Below are positions 23,161 to 37,739 of a stretch of DNA of 64,000 nucleotides, piece by piece; the first letter of the stretch is position 1, and each line of letters starts with the position of its first letter. This stretch comes from Octopus vulgaris (taxonomy: Eukaryota). The notes beneath the pieces were generated by a model. The model did no database searches and was not told the DNA's origin. It was given only the letters and a program-made list of their open reading frames with translations. The position numbers and the translations under genes are program-made. The stretch is from positions 78,430,001 through 78,494,000 of the forward strand of contig OX597817.1 of the NCBI GenBank assembly GCA_951406725.2, in the 5' to 3' direction.

Positions 23161-24891
23161 GTTGCTGAGCTGGTAGAATTCTTAGCATGTTGGACAAAAT
23201 ACCACTAAACAATTTTGTCCCACTTTATGTTCTGAGTTCAAATTCTTCTAAAGTTGTCTTTGCCTTTCATCCTTTCAGGGTCGATGAATGAGGTATCAGT
23301 CAAGCACTGGTGTCAATGTAATCAACTAGGCTCTTCCCACAAAATCTCGCACATTGTGAAACGATTATTATGATACAGTTATTAACCTTATTATTGATGA
23401 TGATGATGATGATGTTGATAGTGGTGGTGACAACGACGACGATGATGATCATAATGGTTATGATGATGATGATGGTGATGATGATGGTGGTGACGATAAT
23501 GAGGAGGAGCATGGAGGAGGAGGGTGAAGGATGAAGAGGGGGTGGAGGAAGAGGTGAAGGAGGAGCAGGAGGAGGATAGTGAAATCTGAGGCAACTAGCA
23601 TAATTTTGAGAAAATGAATTTAGGCTTAAAATAAGTATTTCTTTTTGTTGGTGTTGCATTTGTGTGTGTGTGTGTGTGTGTGTGCGCTTCATATGAATGA
23701 ATAAATATGTTTCTGAATCTTAATATGTGCCTACGAAGCAATTTATATTGATATCAGAGGCACATGTGAGTATTTCAGTGCATGTAAAATCTGTGTAGGA
23801 GAGTGTGTAGGAGTGTACAGAAGAGAGATGGTAAGTGGGTAGATATATGAGTGTGCGTGTATTTGTATTTGTATCTGAAAGTATGTATGCATGTGTATCT
23901 ATTAGATACATCTGTCTTTATGTAGAGAAATATATATATATATACATATATTAGCATATATATATGTGTATATATATATTATATATAAATGTATATATAA
24001 ATATATACATATATATATATATCATATACACATATATGTATGTATATATTTACATATAAAGTAAAAATTTACATATATATACATATATATGCATATATAT
24101 ATATGTGTGTGTGTGTATGTATGTTTGTATGAATATATATGTACATACATATATACTTATATATATGCATGTGTATATATATATATATATACATGCATAT
24201 ATGCATGTTGTTGCTAAATGCTGGTATATGCAAAACGTTGAAGGCCTTAAAAGCAGTGCGCTCAATATCATTGCATGCTTGCATATGTGAGTGTACATGT
24301 GTGTCGGTGTTTACAACCTGAATGACATTGTGCCTGTGTGTTTTTTGCTATATAAATCAATGTGATAATTTGCTTCAATATAAAACAGCATTTCTTTTTA
24401 AAATTGTAAAGAAATAGAATGGAGTGGAGCATGTTTCTGTAAATAAGTAACAAGAGGAGGGGAACAATTAAGAAAAAAATAAATAAATAAAAGGAAACTG
24501 CGTAAGCATGTTTTAATGAATTATTACATAGAAAAACAGATGCATGTGTGTGCATATGTAAATATATACATATATATATGAATGCATCTAGGTATACATA
24601 TATACATATGAATGCATAAACACTTATGATCAAAGAATTATGAATGAACGTGCATGTACTTACCTGTGTGTGTATGAACATGTGTATATGTGTATATACA
24701 TTCATATAAATATAATATATATATTTACACATATATAAATACATACATATGTAGATATATATACATGGAGAGAGGGAGAGTTAGACAAATAGATATACAT
24801 ACATACATACTCATATATATATATATAAAATATAAATTAGAGATAAAATTAGATATATATATATATAAAAGGAGATATAAATACAAAATTA

Positions 24892-24929
<38 letters not shown>

Positions 24930-25420
24930 CATGCATGTGTGCATGTGGGTGTTTACATAGCTATCAATCTCCACAAATATATACACATGCATATATATAT
25001 ATATATGCAGGTTTTCTTTTATTATAATATGAAATAAATAAACACTATTTCATTTAGATTGAAAAACGCAAGATGAAGAAAAACCAATGATGCACCTTGA
25101 TGATGTTCGTTTAAATGAAGAAAGTCACGTTCAAAGAATAATTTAACACCAATTTCTCAAAATAAGCAAACAATTAATCAAACATATATAATATTTATTG
25201 AAGAATTACTTTCGTATTCCTTAGATTGTGTCTAAGGAAAAAGGAATATAAACTTAAAATTTACAAAAGGATGGTTGAAAAGTGGGATATATAGAGGGAT
25301 GTGTTTAGTGTTATAGGGGCATATATTTGTGTTAATCCCAAACTAAATAATTATGAAAGCTGATGAATACTTCCTATACAAGAAAGGGTTTTTATAAAAA
25401 TCATGTTTGAAGGATATATA

Positions 25421-25462
<42 letters not shown>

Positions 25463-25825
25463 GCACATACATAGATACATAGACACACAAACACATACAT
25501 TTATACACACACACACATACATTTATACACACTCACACATATACTCACACAAGAATACATACATAGGCATGTGCAGATACATTGGTATATAAATGTGTGT
25601 GCGTGTGAGCATGTGTGTCCACATGTGTATAGAAATATATATGTATTGTATACAGACATTCAATATAATTCACATGCACATTTTATATTTATGCATATAT
25701 GATACATAAATTGTGTATATAATTATAATCATCATCATTTCAACAACAATTTATCTTAACTGGTACAATTATATATCATTATCATGATCATTTAACATCC
25801 ATGTTCCATGCTGGCATGGGCTGCA

Positions 25826-25910
<85 letters not shown>

Positions 25911-25989
25911 AATCTATCTATCATCTGTCTGTCTGACTGTCTATTTGTCTATCTATCTGTCTATCTGTCTCTGTCTGTCTATCTCTCTC

Positions 25990-26035
<46 letters not shown>

Positions 26036-26144
26036 CACCTCCCTGTTTCTCTGCCTCTTTCTCTCTCTCTATCTCTCTCTCTCCTACATGAGGTGGTGAT
26101 ATAATGATAGCCTGAAGGATATCAATCCATTCAATGTTTGTTAT

Positions 26145-26175
<31 letters not shown>

Positions 26176-26190
26176 TGCACACACACATTC

Positions 26191-26223
<33 letters not shown>

Positions 26224-26294
26224 TATATATATACATATATACACACACAAACATATATATACATATATACACACATATATATATATGCATATAT

Positions 26295-26335
<41 letters not shown>

Positions 26336-26363
26336 CATATAAATATACATATTTACACATATA

Positions 26364-27249
26364 CAAGATGTGTTCTAAAAGCATCCAACTTTTGTTTTTC
26401 CTGCCAAAGCTAATGCTTCTAGAGAAAATCCTTCAGGTGAGAAATGACACCACTCTTCTTGCATTATGTGTGAAGATTTTCATGTAGGTAGCCTGAGTCA
26501 GTTACCAGCTGTTATGCCTAGAGTAGAAGTGTATAGTGTGCGCTCATCATAGTTTCATTTTCACACAGGATGATCAAACACATTGAGCAGAGACCATAAA
26601 CCCATGTCTCATCACCAAAAATGATAGTCTTTATAAAGTCTAGGTCCTGATTTGCACAGTCCAGGATGTGCTGAACGATTTCCATGTGGAGATGTTGCTG
26701 TTGCTCTGCCAGCACCTTGGGGATGAATTTCACTGACATTCTTTGCAAGCTCAAATCCTCTGTTAAAATGGAATGTACTGATCTTGTATTTATTTCTTCT
26801 TTATGTGCAATGTCCTGGATTGTTATATGACAGTCTTCCATTATTATTAGCCAAGTCTTCAGAATTAGCTCTTTGTTTTGGCTTGTAAAAGGTCTGCTCA
26901 AGAGTGCATCACTTTCCACTCAGGCACCGCCACGTTAGAAGCAGTGGTAGCACTTCTTGACCAGAGGCATGCTGAATTTTCTAGATGGTTTGAGCTTAAG
27001 TATCACCAAGCTTTTGGCAAAACTTGTTGCAATATCTCAATGTGTTCGGTGAAAGCAAAAATCCAGTGAACATACACTACATGTCTGTACTCTAGGAGGA
27101 ACTGCCAGAAACTACTGTGACACAGTGGCACCAAAATTTCCACACATGCATAGAAAGAGTAGCGTCACCTCCCCAGCAAAGGATTTTGCTCATACAGTAT
27201 TTGTTTTGGCAGGAAAAAATAAAGTCAGATACTTTTTGAATGCACCTTG
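26364..27249 (-). mobile_element. Internally deleted mariner element
   Basis: TIRs CAAG(A/G)TG..TTC.AAAAG.ATC..ACTTT...TTTTTCCTGCCAAA; ORF 26518-26919 with FIPKVL and IIFGDETWVYG. Confidence 0.88.
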
Positions 27250-28029
27250 TTTATATATATATATATATATATATATACAGTTGAAAGAGGTAGGATGTGT
27301 GTTGTAATCCAAAGTTGGACTGTTATAACGTCCACTCCAGTATAGCAGTATAGTTAGTTAGACAAGTAAAGACATGCCTCTATGGCTGACTTCACTGACT
27401 TTTCGACCATTCTACTTCCTATGTCACAGTATTTGTTATGACTAGCACATACCTCTTGTCACGTAGGAGGGGTATTCCATTATCATTATTATCCCCATAA
27501 CAATGATATAGAAGAAGATGATGTGTGGAGGGTCACATTACTAACATGTGAAAAGAGAGGTGGACGCTGGGCATGGGGAGAGCAAGAAAGGTATGGGGTA
27601 GAGAAGGAGAGATAATTCGGTGTCAAAGAAGGTTAATCAATATAAAATGTGAGCAGAGAAGGACAATATTAAGAATGAAGAATGTATGTTAAATGCAAAG
27701 TACTCTGGGTAATGAAAAAGACAACTCATTTGAGAGAAAAATCTGATGATATATGATGCTGCTAAGTATTTTGTCTGATGTGCTAATAGTTCTGCCACCT
27801 TACTATTTTAAAGGAAGCAGAGAAGAAATGATATGATTAGCATAAGAACACAATGTAGCCTTTGGTTCAATGACATAACATTCCTGAGTCTAATACCCTA
27901 ATAACAATAATGATAGTCTGAGATAGTATGTCAGACAGCAGATTGAACCTTTGTTTGTTGCTGTTTCAAATAGCAACATGATACCTAGTGAAAATGTGAC
28001 ACCCGAAAACATTTCAGAAACAAGACAAA

Positions 28030-28875
28030 GCAAAGCTCAAAGGACAGAAAAATGGAGACGATCCATGGGTAACACCTCAGAGAAATCGAAGGGAAAGATA
28101 ATAACAACACCTGGAGGTGAATAAAGAAAGTGATCTGAAAGGTAACATTGAAATATTGATATGCAGTGCCCAGAAAAAAATTCTGAGAACTAATTACACC
28201 AAGTTCCAAATAGATAAGAGCAACTTTTGTCGGATGTGTGGCATCAAAAATAAAATAGTTTCACATATTATGAGTGAGTATAGCAAATAAACTCAAAAGG
28301 AATACAGAAGGGGGCATGATAATGTAACTAAGTTTGTTCATTGGAGATTGTGTGAGAAGTACAGTCTTGAAAGGATATAGAAATGATACAAGCATAAACC
28401 AGAAAATGTTACTGAAAATAATAAGTATAAGATCTGAGAGAAAGATGCTTGGAGACCAGACATTGTTCTAGTGGGTTAGAGTGAGAAAGAAACCAAAAGC
28501 ATATATATTGCCATACCTGGAGATGCCCAAGCAGGTGACAAAGAGCCAGTCAAGATAGAATAGTACAAGCTATTTAAAAGATGAAATTGCATAAATATAG
28601 GTAATGTAAACAGTAACTATCATCCCTGTAGTCGAAGGGGCACTAAGGACCATTTACAACCAGGTTTGAGAAATTTGCTGGAGAAATTGGGGACAGCAAG
28701 GATTTTTAGATTGATACTTAGGTGTTAAGTATCATAGAAAGAGGCTGTGTAAGGCCCTTGTCTGCTCTTGCAAAATTAACTCAAGCGAATGAAATCATGA
28801 GCTGTGAGAAGTCATATGAAACTCTCACAGAATCTACCAGAGCAAACAAGACCGAGCGCTCTGAAAAGTAAAACA
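28030..28875 (+). mobile_element. RLE-type (R4/Dong-like) LINE 3' fragment, decayed
   Basis: CRMCG..IVSHIMSE..EYRRGHDNV..VHWRLCEKY; RPDIV; IAIPGD; ends in AAT/GAT repeats. Confidence 0.82.
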
Positions 28876-28961
28876 ATAATGATAATGATAACAATAAGAA
28901 TGATGATGATGATGATGACGACGATGATGACAACATCGACAACAATGATGACGACAACGAT

Positions 28962-29026
<65 letters not shown>

Positions 29027-29027
<1 letters not shown>

Positions 29028-29147
29028 TAAAGATCTGGAAATAAAAATAACCTAAATCTAGGGTCTGCAAACAGAAACAATCTCTGTAATAGTAGGTGCT
29101 TTACCTATGGTCCAAAAACATGTGCACAAATAACTCAAAACTTATGA

Positions 29148-29209
<62 letters not shown>

Positions 29210-29385
29210 GTAACTTACAGAAAACGGCATGGTCAGACACAGACTGCACACATCTTATGAAGAGCACATTCAATAGAGTAAAAATAACGACAGCAAAACA
29301 AACTACAGGACATACCCAAGGCACACAGAGCTACATTCAATCAGCACAGTGAAAGCACACAATAAAAATATGACTATGGAATGCT
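29027..29385 (+). mobile_element. RLE-type LINE extreme 3' fragment, TA-interrupted
   Basis: YKDLEIKIT*I*GLQTETISVIVGAL; embedded in (AAT)n. Confidence 0.65.
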
Positions 29386-29390
29386 AATGC

Positions 29391-29429
<39 letters not shown>

Positions 29430-29452
29430 CAACAAAAATAATAATAATAATA

Positions 29453-29483
<31 letters not shown>

Positions 29484-30159
29484 TAGTAATAATAATAATA
29501 ATAGTAATAATAATAATAATAGTAATAATAATAATAATAATAATAAGAAGAAGAAGAAGAACCATGATGACAAAGACGATAACAATATGGATTTGTAATA
29601 CTGGACTAGACAAAGACAGAATTTGATATAATAGATCACAATATTTGACTCAGATAGTAGACAATAAATCAAATATTTCACGGAGCGAACATTGTGAAAG
29701 AAATGATGATAGCAGAGAACAGTAGAGTGCATCGCAGAGGACAGATTCAGAAAGTGATTATTGATGATGCACATTACCTTTCAGATCCATAAGAAATACT
29801 AGTGTATGCCCCTTGTGTCCAAAGTAATAAATCAGGTATCAATGCCACAATGAGATGCTTGCTAGAAATTGGGTTACATTTTCTCTGCAGTTAACTTCTC
29901 TTGAAATCAAAGCGGTGACAGCAGTTGGTCAGAATGGATGTAAAAATGGTAAATTCAATGACCTTAATGAAGAACCGATAAAACTAGATAAATAGTTTAT
30001 AAAGACAAAGTATAAGACAAGGAGATTATATGTAAGTGACCAGATTCCTAGAGATGGTAGTTAAATTTCCCTCAAACCACAATCTACTGTCTTAAAAATT
30101 GAAGGTCATAGGCAATGACAATGATAATGTATAACAGTACTGACTGGACTATTAGATGT

Positions 30160-30425
30160 TGTTACACACCACTGGTCACAATGCGCTTCCTTGCATTGTT
30201 GTAGCTTTTGAATGATGCCACCCCATTGGCTAGGTGGGAAGGCCAATATTTTTTTCTGAATGAAATGCCAGTCCATTGAGTGTTATCTATACACAGCTGA
30301 GTGGAGTGGAGCAATGTGAAGTGAAGTGTTTTGCTCAAAAACACAATGCACTGCTGGCCTGGGAATCGAAACCACAATCTTGAAATCATGAAGGCAACAT
30401 CATAACCATTAGACCACACACTTTC
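30160..30425 (-). mobile_element. Family C-related SINE; other decayed relatives ~14135-14390 (+), 62575-62810 (-)
   Basis: Minus-strand GTGGTTTCGATTCCC B box; TTGTGTTTTTGAGCAAAACACTTCA; CCACTCAGCTG. Confidence 0.75.
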
Positions 30426-30738
30426 ACAGCTGGAATGGTACAGATGTGGACCTACAAGATAAATATACAATTTCATTTGGCTAGGTCATCTAATGAGGGA
30501 ATAATAATAGTGGTTTCAAATTTTGGCACAAGGCCAGCAATTTTGTGAGATGTGGTAGGTTGTTTACATTGACCCCCAGCACTCAACTGGTACTTATTTT
30601 ATCAACCCTAAAGGTAGAATTGCTCTCTGCTGAGTTTGAACTCAGAATGTAAAAATAGATAAAATGCTGCCAAGTATTTTGCCCGCCCTACTAATGATTC
30701 TGCCAGCTTGCTGTCCTAATGATAATAATGATAATAAT

Positions 30739-30797
<59 letters not shown>

Positions 30798-30804
30798 CAC
30801 CACC

Positions 30805-30870
<66 letters not shown>

Positions 30871-31172
30871 AATAATAACAACAACAATAATAATAACAAT
30901 AATGATGATGATAATAATGATAACAACAACAATAATAATAATAAAAACAATAATAATGATAATGATAATCTTTTCTGTAATAATAATCTTTTCTACTATG
31001 TGTGCAAGGCCTAAAATTTTGGGGGAAGAGGAAAGTTGATCATGTCGACCCCAGCACTTTACTGGCATTTATTTATCAACTTCAAAAGCATGAAAGGCAA
31101 AGTTGACCCTCAGAGGTATTTGAACTAGGCATTTTGCCCAGTACAAGATGGTTCTACCTGCTCACCACCTTG

Positions 31173-31762
31173 ACAAATGATATAAACACCATCCTGAAGC
31201 TGTGACTGAGGGAGAAAATGTGTTGATTCTATGGGACTTCCCCGTACATACCAACAAAACTATAAAAGCTAATAAAGTGGATATTATTATAAAAGATCAG
31301 ACAAAAAAGATGTTTATTAATTGACATGAGTATCCCTTGTGATTACAATATAGCGGCGAAAGAATTTGGCAAGATTAGGAGATATAAAGACTTGCTAATA
31401 GAAATTGAAAAAATGTGGTGTCTCAAGGCGACTACAGTACCAGTGATTGTAGGAGCTCTAGGAATGATAAAAAAGGTACTGAAACCTATTTAAAAATGAT
31501 ACCCGGCTTACCATTCCCACAGGAAGTGCAAAAAATTGTGTTAACTGGAATGACTCATGTACTGAGAAGAGCATTATCGCTGTGAAGACAACATCCATTC
31601 ATGAATTTATTTATATATTAATTTTTTTAAATACATATTTTACCTGTTAATTTGTGTGTGTAATCTGGGAACGCATACAATGAGCTTCTCTGCCCTAGGT
31701 GTATGGAAAATACACGGTGAGAAATGGAAGAAAATTTGAAGAAAGAAGGAAACAAAACCTAA
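31173..31762 (+). mobile_element. RLE-type (R4/Dong-like) LINE 3' fragment
   Basis: ILWDFPVHTNKTIKANKVDII..LIDMSIPCD..YKDLLIEIEKMW..VPVIVGALG..VQKIVLTG. Confidence 0.88.
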
Positions 31763-32269
31763 TTATGATAATAATAATATCTTCTACTCTAGGTACAAGG
31801 CCTGAAATTTTTGTGGAGGGGGCCAGTTGATTAGATCGACCCCAGTATGCAACTGGTACTTAATTTATCAACTCTGAAAGGATGAAAGGCATAGTCGACC
31901 TTGGCAGAATTTAAAATCAGAAAGTAGTAACAGGCAAAGTAACGCTAAGCATTTCATCCAGCATGCTAACGATTCTGCCAGCTCACCACCTTAATAATAA
32001 TAATAAGAATAAGAATCCTTTCTACTGTAGGCACAAGGCCTGAAAATTGGTTGGAGGAGATAGTCGATTACATTGACCCCAGTGCATAACTAGTACTTAT
32101 TTCATCAACCCTGAAAGGATGAAAGGCAAAGTCGACCTCGGTGGAATTTGAACTCAGAACATAGCGGCAGACAAAATACCGCTAAGCATTTTGCCTGGCA
32201 TGCTAACAATTCTGCCAGCTTGCCACCTTAATAATAATAAGAATAATGACGCTGATAATGATCAGATAG

Positions 32270-32872
32270 ATTCCCAATCTAGGTTATATAAAATCAAAGG
32301 AGGAAAGTGTTACTCATATAGTCAATGAATGCTGTATGCTTGTAGAGAAAGAATACAACAAAAGACATGACAGCCTAGGGAGAATAATCCACTGGGAGTT
32401 AGCCAGAAAGCTAGAATTTGACTATGCTGTTAATGAACCTAGGAAAGTGCTAGAAAGTAAGAAATATTAGATGTGAGATTTTAACATTCAGACTAGCAAT
32501 AGGAGCTAGAAGGCCTGATTTAGTAGCTGTAGACAAAGAGGATATCAGGTAATTAAATTTATAGTCCCAAATGATGAGAAATATGAGAGGTACAGAGATA
32601 ATAGTAAAGTACCAGGACCTAACCCTTGAGTTGTAGACACTATGGAATGTGCTGGTAGAATGTATCTCTGTAGTATAAGTGCATTAGAAACTATCCCTAA
32701 AGATTTGAACTGAGGGATTGAGGAAATAGGTATAAAACCTAGTTTAGTACAACTCCAGAAAGCAGTATTATTAGGGACAACTCGGATACTTTGGAAGGTA
32801 CTTGGTATCTAAGGTTACATGTTGTAGCCCTGTGTTAGGAACTTTCTTATCCAACAGTCTAATCTGTTGTGC
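32270..32872 (+). mobile_element. RLE-type (R4/Dong-like) LINE 3' fragment
   Basis: HIVNEC..EYNKRHDSLGRIIHWEL; RPDLV; KYQDL; LQKAVLLGTTRILWKVL; long (TAA)n tail. Confidence 0.85.
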
Positions 32873-32942
<70 letters not shown>

Positions 32943-32946
<4 letters not shown>

Positions 32947-33500
32947 GCCCTCAAGCAGTACCAGACAGTAGCTCTCGTGGCTTCTGATCTTAACTGATTG
33001 GAAGTGTTATCATGTGCATTGTTTTGTCTTGGTATAAAAGATGGGCTACAGCAAATATTCCGCTCAATACCACATATTTGCTTGTCAGTTGTTTGACCTT
33101 AACCAGCTGAGCATGTCCTTTAGTGGCTGACGATATGTGCATCTCTGATCACAAGCAGAAGTAGTTGGGGAGCATCATAGCCATGTGTTGAGAGGAATTC
33201 TTTGGGGTTTGGATAATTCACCTCTGGAAACATGGGTGTTCCTTTCAACATCCTTAAACAACCCTTATTCAGGGACCTTTTGAGTGGGATGGATTACTCG
33301 ACCAGAAGAAAATTCTAACTGGGCTCCACCTGCAAGGTCATGTGCTGTTTATCTTGATATGAAATCACCATGTCGCACACATATGGTTGTGATACATGTG
33401 CCTAGAGTAACTTTATCAGACGGGTAGTTATGATGGGTATACTGGGCTTTGTATATTTTACCCCAATGTCACTTTGATGGCATGCACTGCTCTCTCACTC
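32943..33500. mobile_element. ~555-bp non-coding element in (AAT)n, copy 2; truncated copy 3 at 41813-41946
   Basis: Same termini as 5496-6052 in reverse complement. Confidence 0.85.
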
Positions 33501-33549
33501 AATAATAATAATAATAATCATAATAATCATAATAATAATAATAATAATG

Positions 33550-33583
<34 letters not shown>

Positions 33584-34555
33584 TAATGGTTTCAAATTTT
33601 GCATCAAGGGCAGCCATTTTGGGGGAGGGGATAAGTTTATTACATCGACCCTAATGTTTCACTGGTACTTAATTTTATTGACCCCGAAAGGATGAAAGGC
33701 AAAGTTGACCTCAGTGGAATTTGAACTAAGAATGGAACGACAGGTGAAATACTGCTAAGCATTTCATCAAGCATGCTGACGATTCTGCCAGCTCACTGCC
33801 TTAATAATAAAAATCTCCATTAATAATTGTTAATACAAATATTGGTTGGGTGGTTGATTGATTAATTTCTCCAGTTACATTTTACATCATAGAGAGAGAG
33901 AGAGAGAGAGAGAACAGAGAAAGAGAGAGAGAGGGGACAGAGAAGAGTGAAACAGAGATATAGACAAGGTTAACATGAATGATACAGGATAAATGCACTT
34001 TTGAGAAAGAAAGGATCATAGACTGAGGAGGAGGAATATAAAAAGGAGGAGGAAGAGGAGGAATGATAGAGTATATATATATATGAGAAGAGTTAAAGAA
34101 AAATAATCACATATTTATGAAAAATATACAAATGAGGAATTTGTTTTATTCGATTTTATTTTAAGGAAATAGATATTTTTCTTTTGAAAATTAGCATTCA
34201 TTTCATCACTTTCTACAAGAACCAAGAAATTAGATAAAAGTCAAATTATATTTATTGTAAGTGTCCATATTTCCTAACATTGAGCATGAGAGAAAAGGTA
34301 TTTGTCATATAATAGGTTACAAAACAATAATAATAATAATAACAATAATGATTATTTCTATTATGTGCACAAGGCCTAGAATTTGAAGAGAGGGGGATAG
34401 TTAATCGCAATACTTGACCGGTACTTAATTTATCGACTCTGAAAGGATGAAAGGCAAAGTCGACCTTGGTAGAATTTGAACTCAGAATGTAGTGACAGGC
34501 AAAATACCGCTAAGCATTTCACCCAGCATACTAATGATTCTGCCAACTCAGCACC

Positions 34556-34596
<41 letters not shown>

Positions 34597-34660
34597 CATA
34601 ATAATAATAATAATAATAATCATAACAATAATAATAATGATGATGATAATAATAATAATG

Positions 34661-34717
<57 letters not shown>

Positions 34718-34734
34718 TAATAATAATAATTGTC

Positions 34735-34765
<31 letters not shown>

Positions 34766-37739
34766 TAATTCTTTCTACCGGAAGTACAAGACCTCAAATT
34801 TGAAGGAAAGGATTAAGTTGATTACATTGAACCCAGTACATAAAGTAACTGATACTTTATTTATTGACCCCGAAACGATGAAAGGCAAAGTCAACCTTGG
34901 CAGAATTCAAACTCAGAATGTAGTGATGGGCAAAATACTGATAAGCATTTCGTCCAGCATGCTAACTACTCTGCCAGCATGCCGCCTTAATAATAATAAT
35001 AATAATAATAATAACGATAGCAATAATAGTAATGGTTTCAAATTTTTTCCAAGACCAGGAATTTTGGAGGAGGGTGCTAGTCAATTACATCGACCCCAGT
35101 GTTCAACTATTTCTTAATTCATCAACCCTTAAAAGGAAAAAAGACTAAGTACACCTCAGTGGAATTTGAACCCAGAATGTGCAGATAAACAAAATACTGC
35201 TAAGCATTTAGCCCAGCATGCTAATGATTCTGTCAGCTTGCTGCCTTAATAATGATAATGATAAAAATAATAATTTCAAATTTTGGCACAAGGCCAGCAA
35301 GTTTTAGAGAGGAGTTAAGTCGAGTACATCGATCCCAGTGCTCAACAGGTAGATATTTTATTGGACCCTGATAGTATAAAAGGTAAAGTCAACATCAGCA
35401 GAATTTGAACTCAGAATGTAAAGATGGGTGAAATACCACTAAGCAATTTATCTGGCATGCTAATGATTCTGCCAGGTCACCACCTTAACGATAATGATGA
35501 TGATGATGATGATGAGGATAATAATAATAGTAATAATTCTTTCTACTCTAAGCACATGGTCTGAAGTTTTGGCAGAGGAGTTAGACAATTACATCAATCC
35601 CAGTTCTCCACAGGTACCTTTTTTGAATTTTTGATTCTAAAAGGATGAAAAGCAAAATCAACCTTAGTGAGATTTGAACTCTGAACATACAGATGGTTGT
35701 AGTGCCACTAAGCATTTCACCCATCATGCTAATGATTCTACCAGCACACCATCTTCATGATAATAATGATAATGGTTTCAAATTTTGGCCCAAGGCCAGC
35801 AACTTCAGGAGAAGGTACAAGTTGTTTACATTGACTCCGGCGTTCAACTTATTTTAGTACTTTTTTTTTGCTCCCGAAAGACTGCAAGGGAAAGTAGTTA
35901 GGAGGAATTTGAACTCAGAACATGAAGACAGATGAAATGCCACTAAGCATTTGGCCTGGCATGCTAACGATTCTGCCAGCTTGCAATAATAATAATAGTA
36001 ATAATAATAATGAATAAACAAATAAATTTTAGGCTTAAGGGCCTGGGGACAGTAGAAAGGTTAATTATAACAAAAAATAATAAACAAGAAACAGTGAGAG
36101 TTTCACATGTGATGACAATGTGGTATCAACAATAATAAAACCGATAAATTATTAAACTTATAAAACTAAATAGCATTAACAAACAGCAAAATTAGAATTG
36201 AAAGTATCCACCAAGTCATAGTGAGTAACTGAGTAATTCATATGCACCATGCTCAGCCCCATATTTTCCAGACATTCCAAGGGCAAATAGCTTATCCTAG
36301 TTCTTGCTGCCAGCCTATAAGCAGAGTGTGTGTTCAAGGTGGAGCAATTTTGCCCTTCTCAGCCAACTTCATGAATTTTACAAAAAGGCAGTACTTTAGT
36401 CTCTGCTCAAGCCATTCTCTTCATGATGTACTTCAAGAAGCTGATGAGGTGATTATTCTGTGAGAAAAATCCTTGTCTTTAAACCTACAAGGGAATGGGG
36501 ACAAATGAAAGGAAATGGGACTCAGATCACCAGGTAAGGGTTACATATACTGATTTCAAATTTTGACACATAGCCAACAAGTTTGGGGGAGGGTACTAGT
36601 CTATTACAGCAACCCTAATACTCAACTGGCACATATCGTATTGAGCCTATAAGGATGGAAAGCAAAGTCAACCTCAGTGGAATTTCAATTCAGGATGTAA
36701 AAATGGACGAATTACCAGCAAATATTTTGCCCAGCATGCTAAAAATTCTGCCAGCTCACCATCTGAAGGAGATACATATATTCTTTTCTACTCTAGGCAC
36801 AAGGCCTAAAATTTTGTGGGAGGAGGCCAATCGATTAGATCGACCCAGTATGCAACTGGTACTTAATTTATCGACTCCAAAAGGATGAAAGGCAAGATCG
36901 ACCTCGGCAGAAGGAGTTACATATATTATGTAATAAAAATTTTATTTGGCTCCATACAGCTTAAAGTTTCATAGGCTTATCTCATCAGGCATAACCTATC
37001 AACTATATGAACTACACAACTTCCATCTTCATAACCAACACTAAGAAGAAGACTACTAACTCTTACTTGCTAAAAAAAAAGGCAGTGATTCAGTCTTTAT
37101 GATTGACATGGCTTACTTGCCAAAGCTATTCTACATGTGATAACAACTGTTCATTACAAAACTCCATAGAATCAGCAATGCATGAAAACTCAATAAGTGC
37201 CTGCATCACATAAGTGACAGATAAGGGAGCATTACAAAGACAGGCTAGAAAATGTTTCAGTGATTTCAATGAAAACCAATAAACTGAAAGTATAAGTAAT
37301 GGGATAATACATTTCACAAAATATGCCCACCCCTTAAGAGAACTATCAAGGGAAATCTATGAACCACACAGTTCCAGTAGTATTCTAATTACAAAGAGTA
37401 AGTATTTTCCTGCTACTGCCATTCCATGACTTTTTGGCACATTATTAATTAATACTAAAGGTGGCGAGCCGACAGAATCATTAATACACTGGGCAAAACA
37501 CTTAGTAGCATTTCGACCGTCTTAACATTCTGAGTTCAAATTCCGCTGAGATCGACTTTGCCTTTCATCCTTTCAGAGTCGACAAATGAAGTACCAATGA
37601 AACACTGGGGTTGACATGATTAACTAGTCCCATCTCCCAAAATGTCAAGCCTTGTGTCTTTAGTAGAAAGGATTGTTAATGCATACTGCAATATCATACA
37701 AATGGTCATAAGAAAATGACTCACTTTTGCCTCTGCAAC

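Larger units (their letters stand above)
30510..36912 (-). mobile_element. Cluster of ~13 co-oriented family B SINEs, mostly separated by (AAT)n
   Basis: Copies at ~30510, 30989, 31780, 32016, 33587, 34354, 34769, 35032, 35274, 35537, 35773, 36553, 36782. Confidence 0.88.

Noticed and set aside
22928-23212. Acidic D/E-rich ORF
   Set aside because: Derived from (TTC)n/(TCA)n tracts; its start lies in a family B SINE.
25170-25190. miR-190-like word ATATGTTTGAT (minus strand)
   Set aside because: Only 11 nt match and no precursor hairpin.
27321-27502. Solo LTR (TGTTAT...ATAACA)
   Set aside because: No TSD and no second copy in the window.
33028-33075. HDV-like ribozyme in the 555-bp element
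   Set aside because: Too little room for P3/L3 and P1 between the putative P2 strand and GG.
36271-36532. Possible exon (ttttccag...CAG/gtaagg) and CTGATGA at 36441
   Set aside because: The long frame hits a stop before the donor, no recognisable peptide, and no hammerhead stems.
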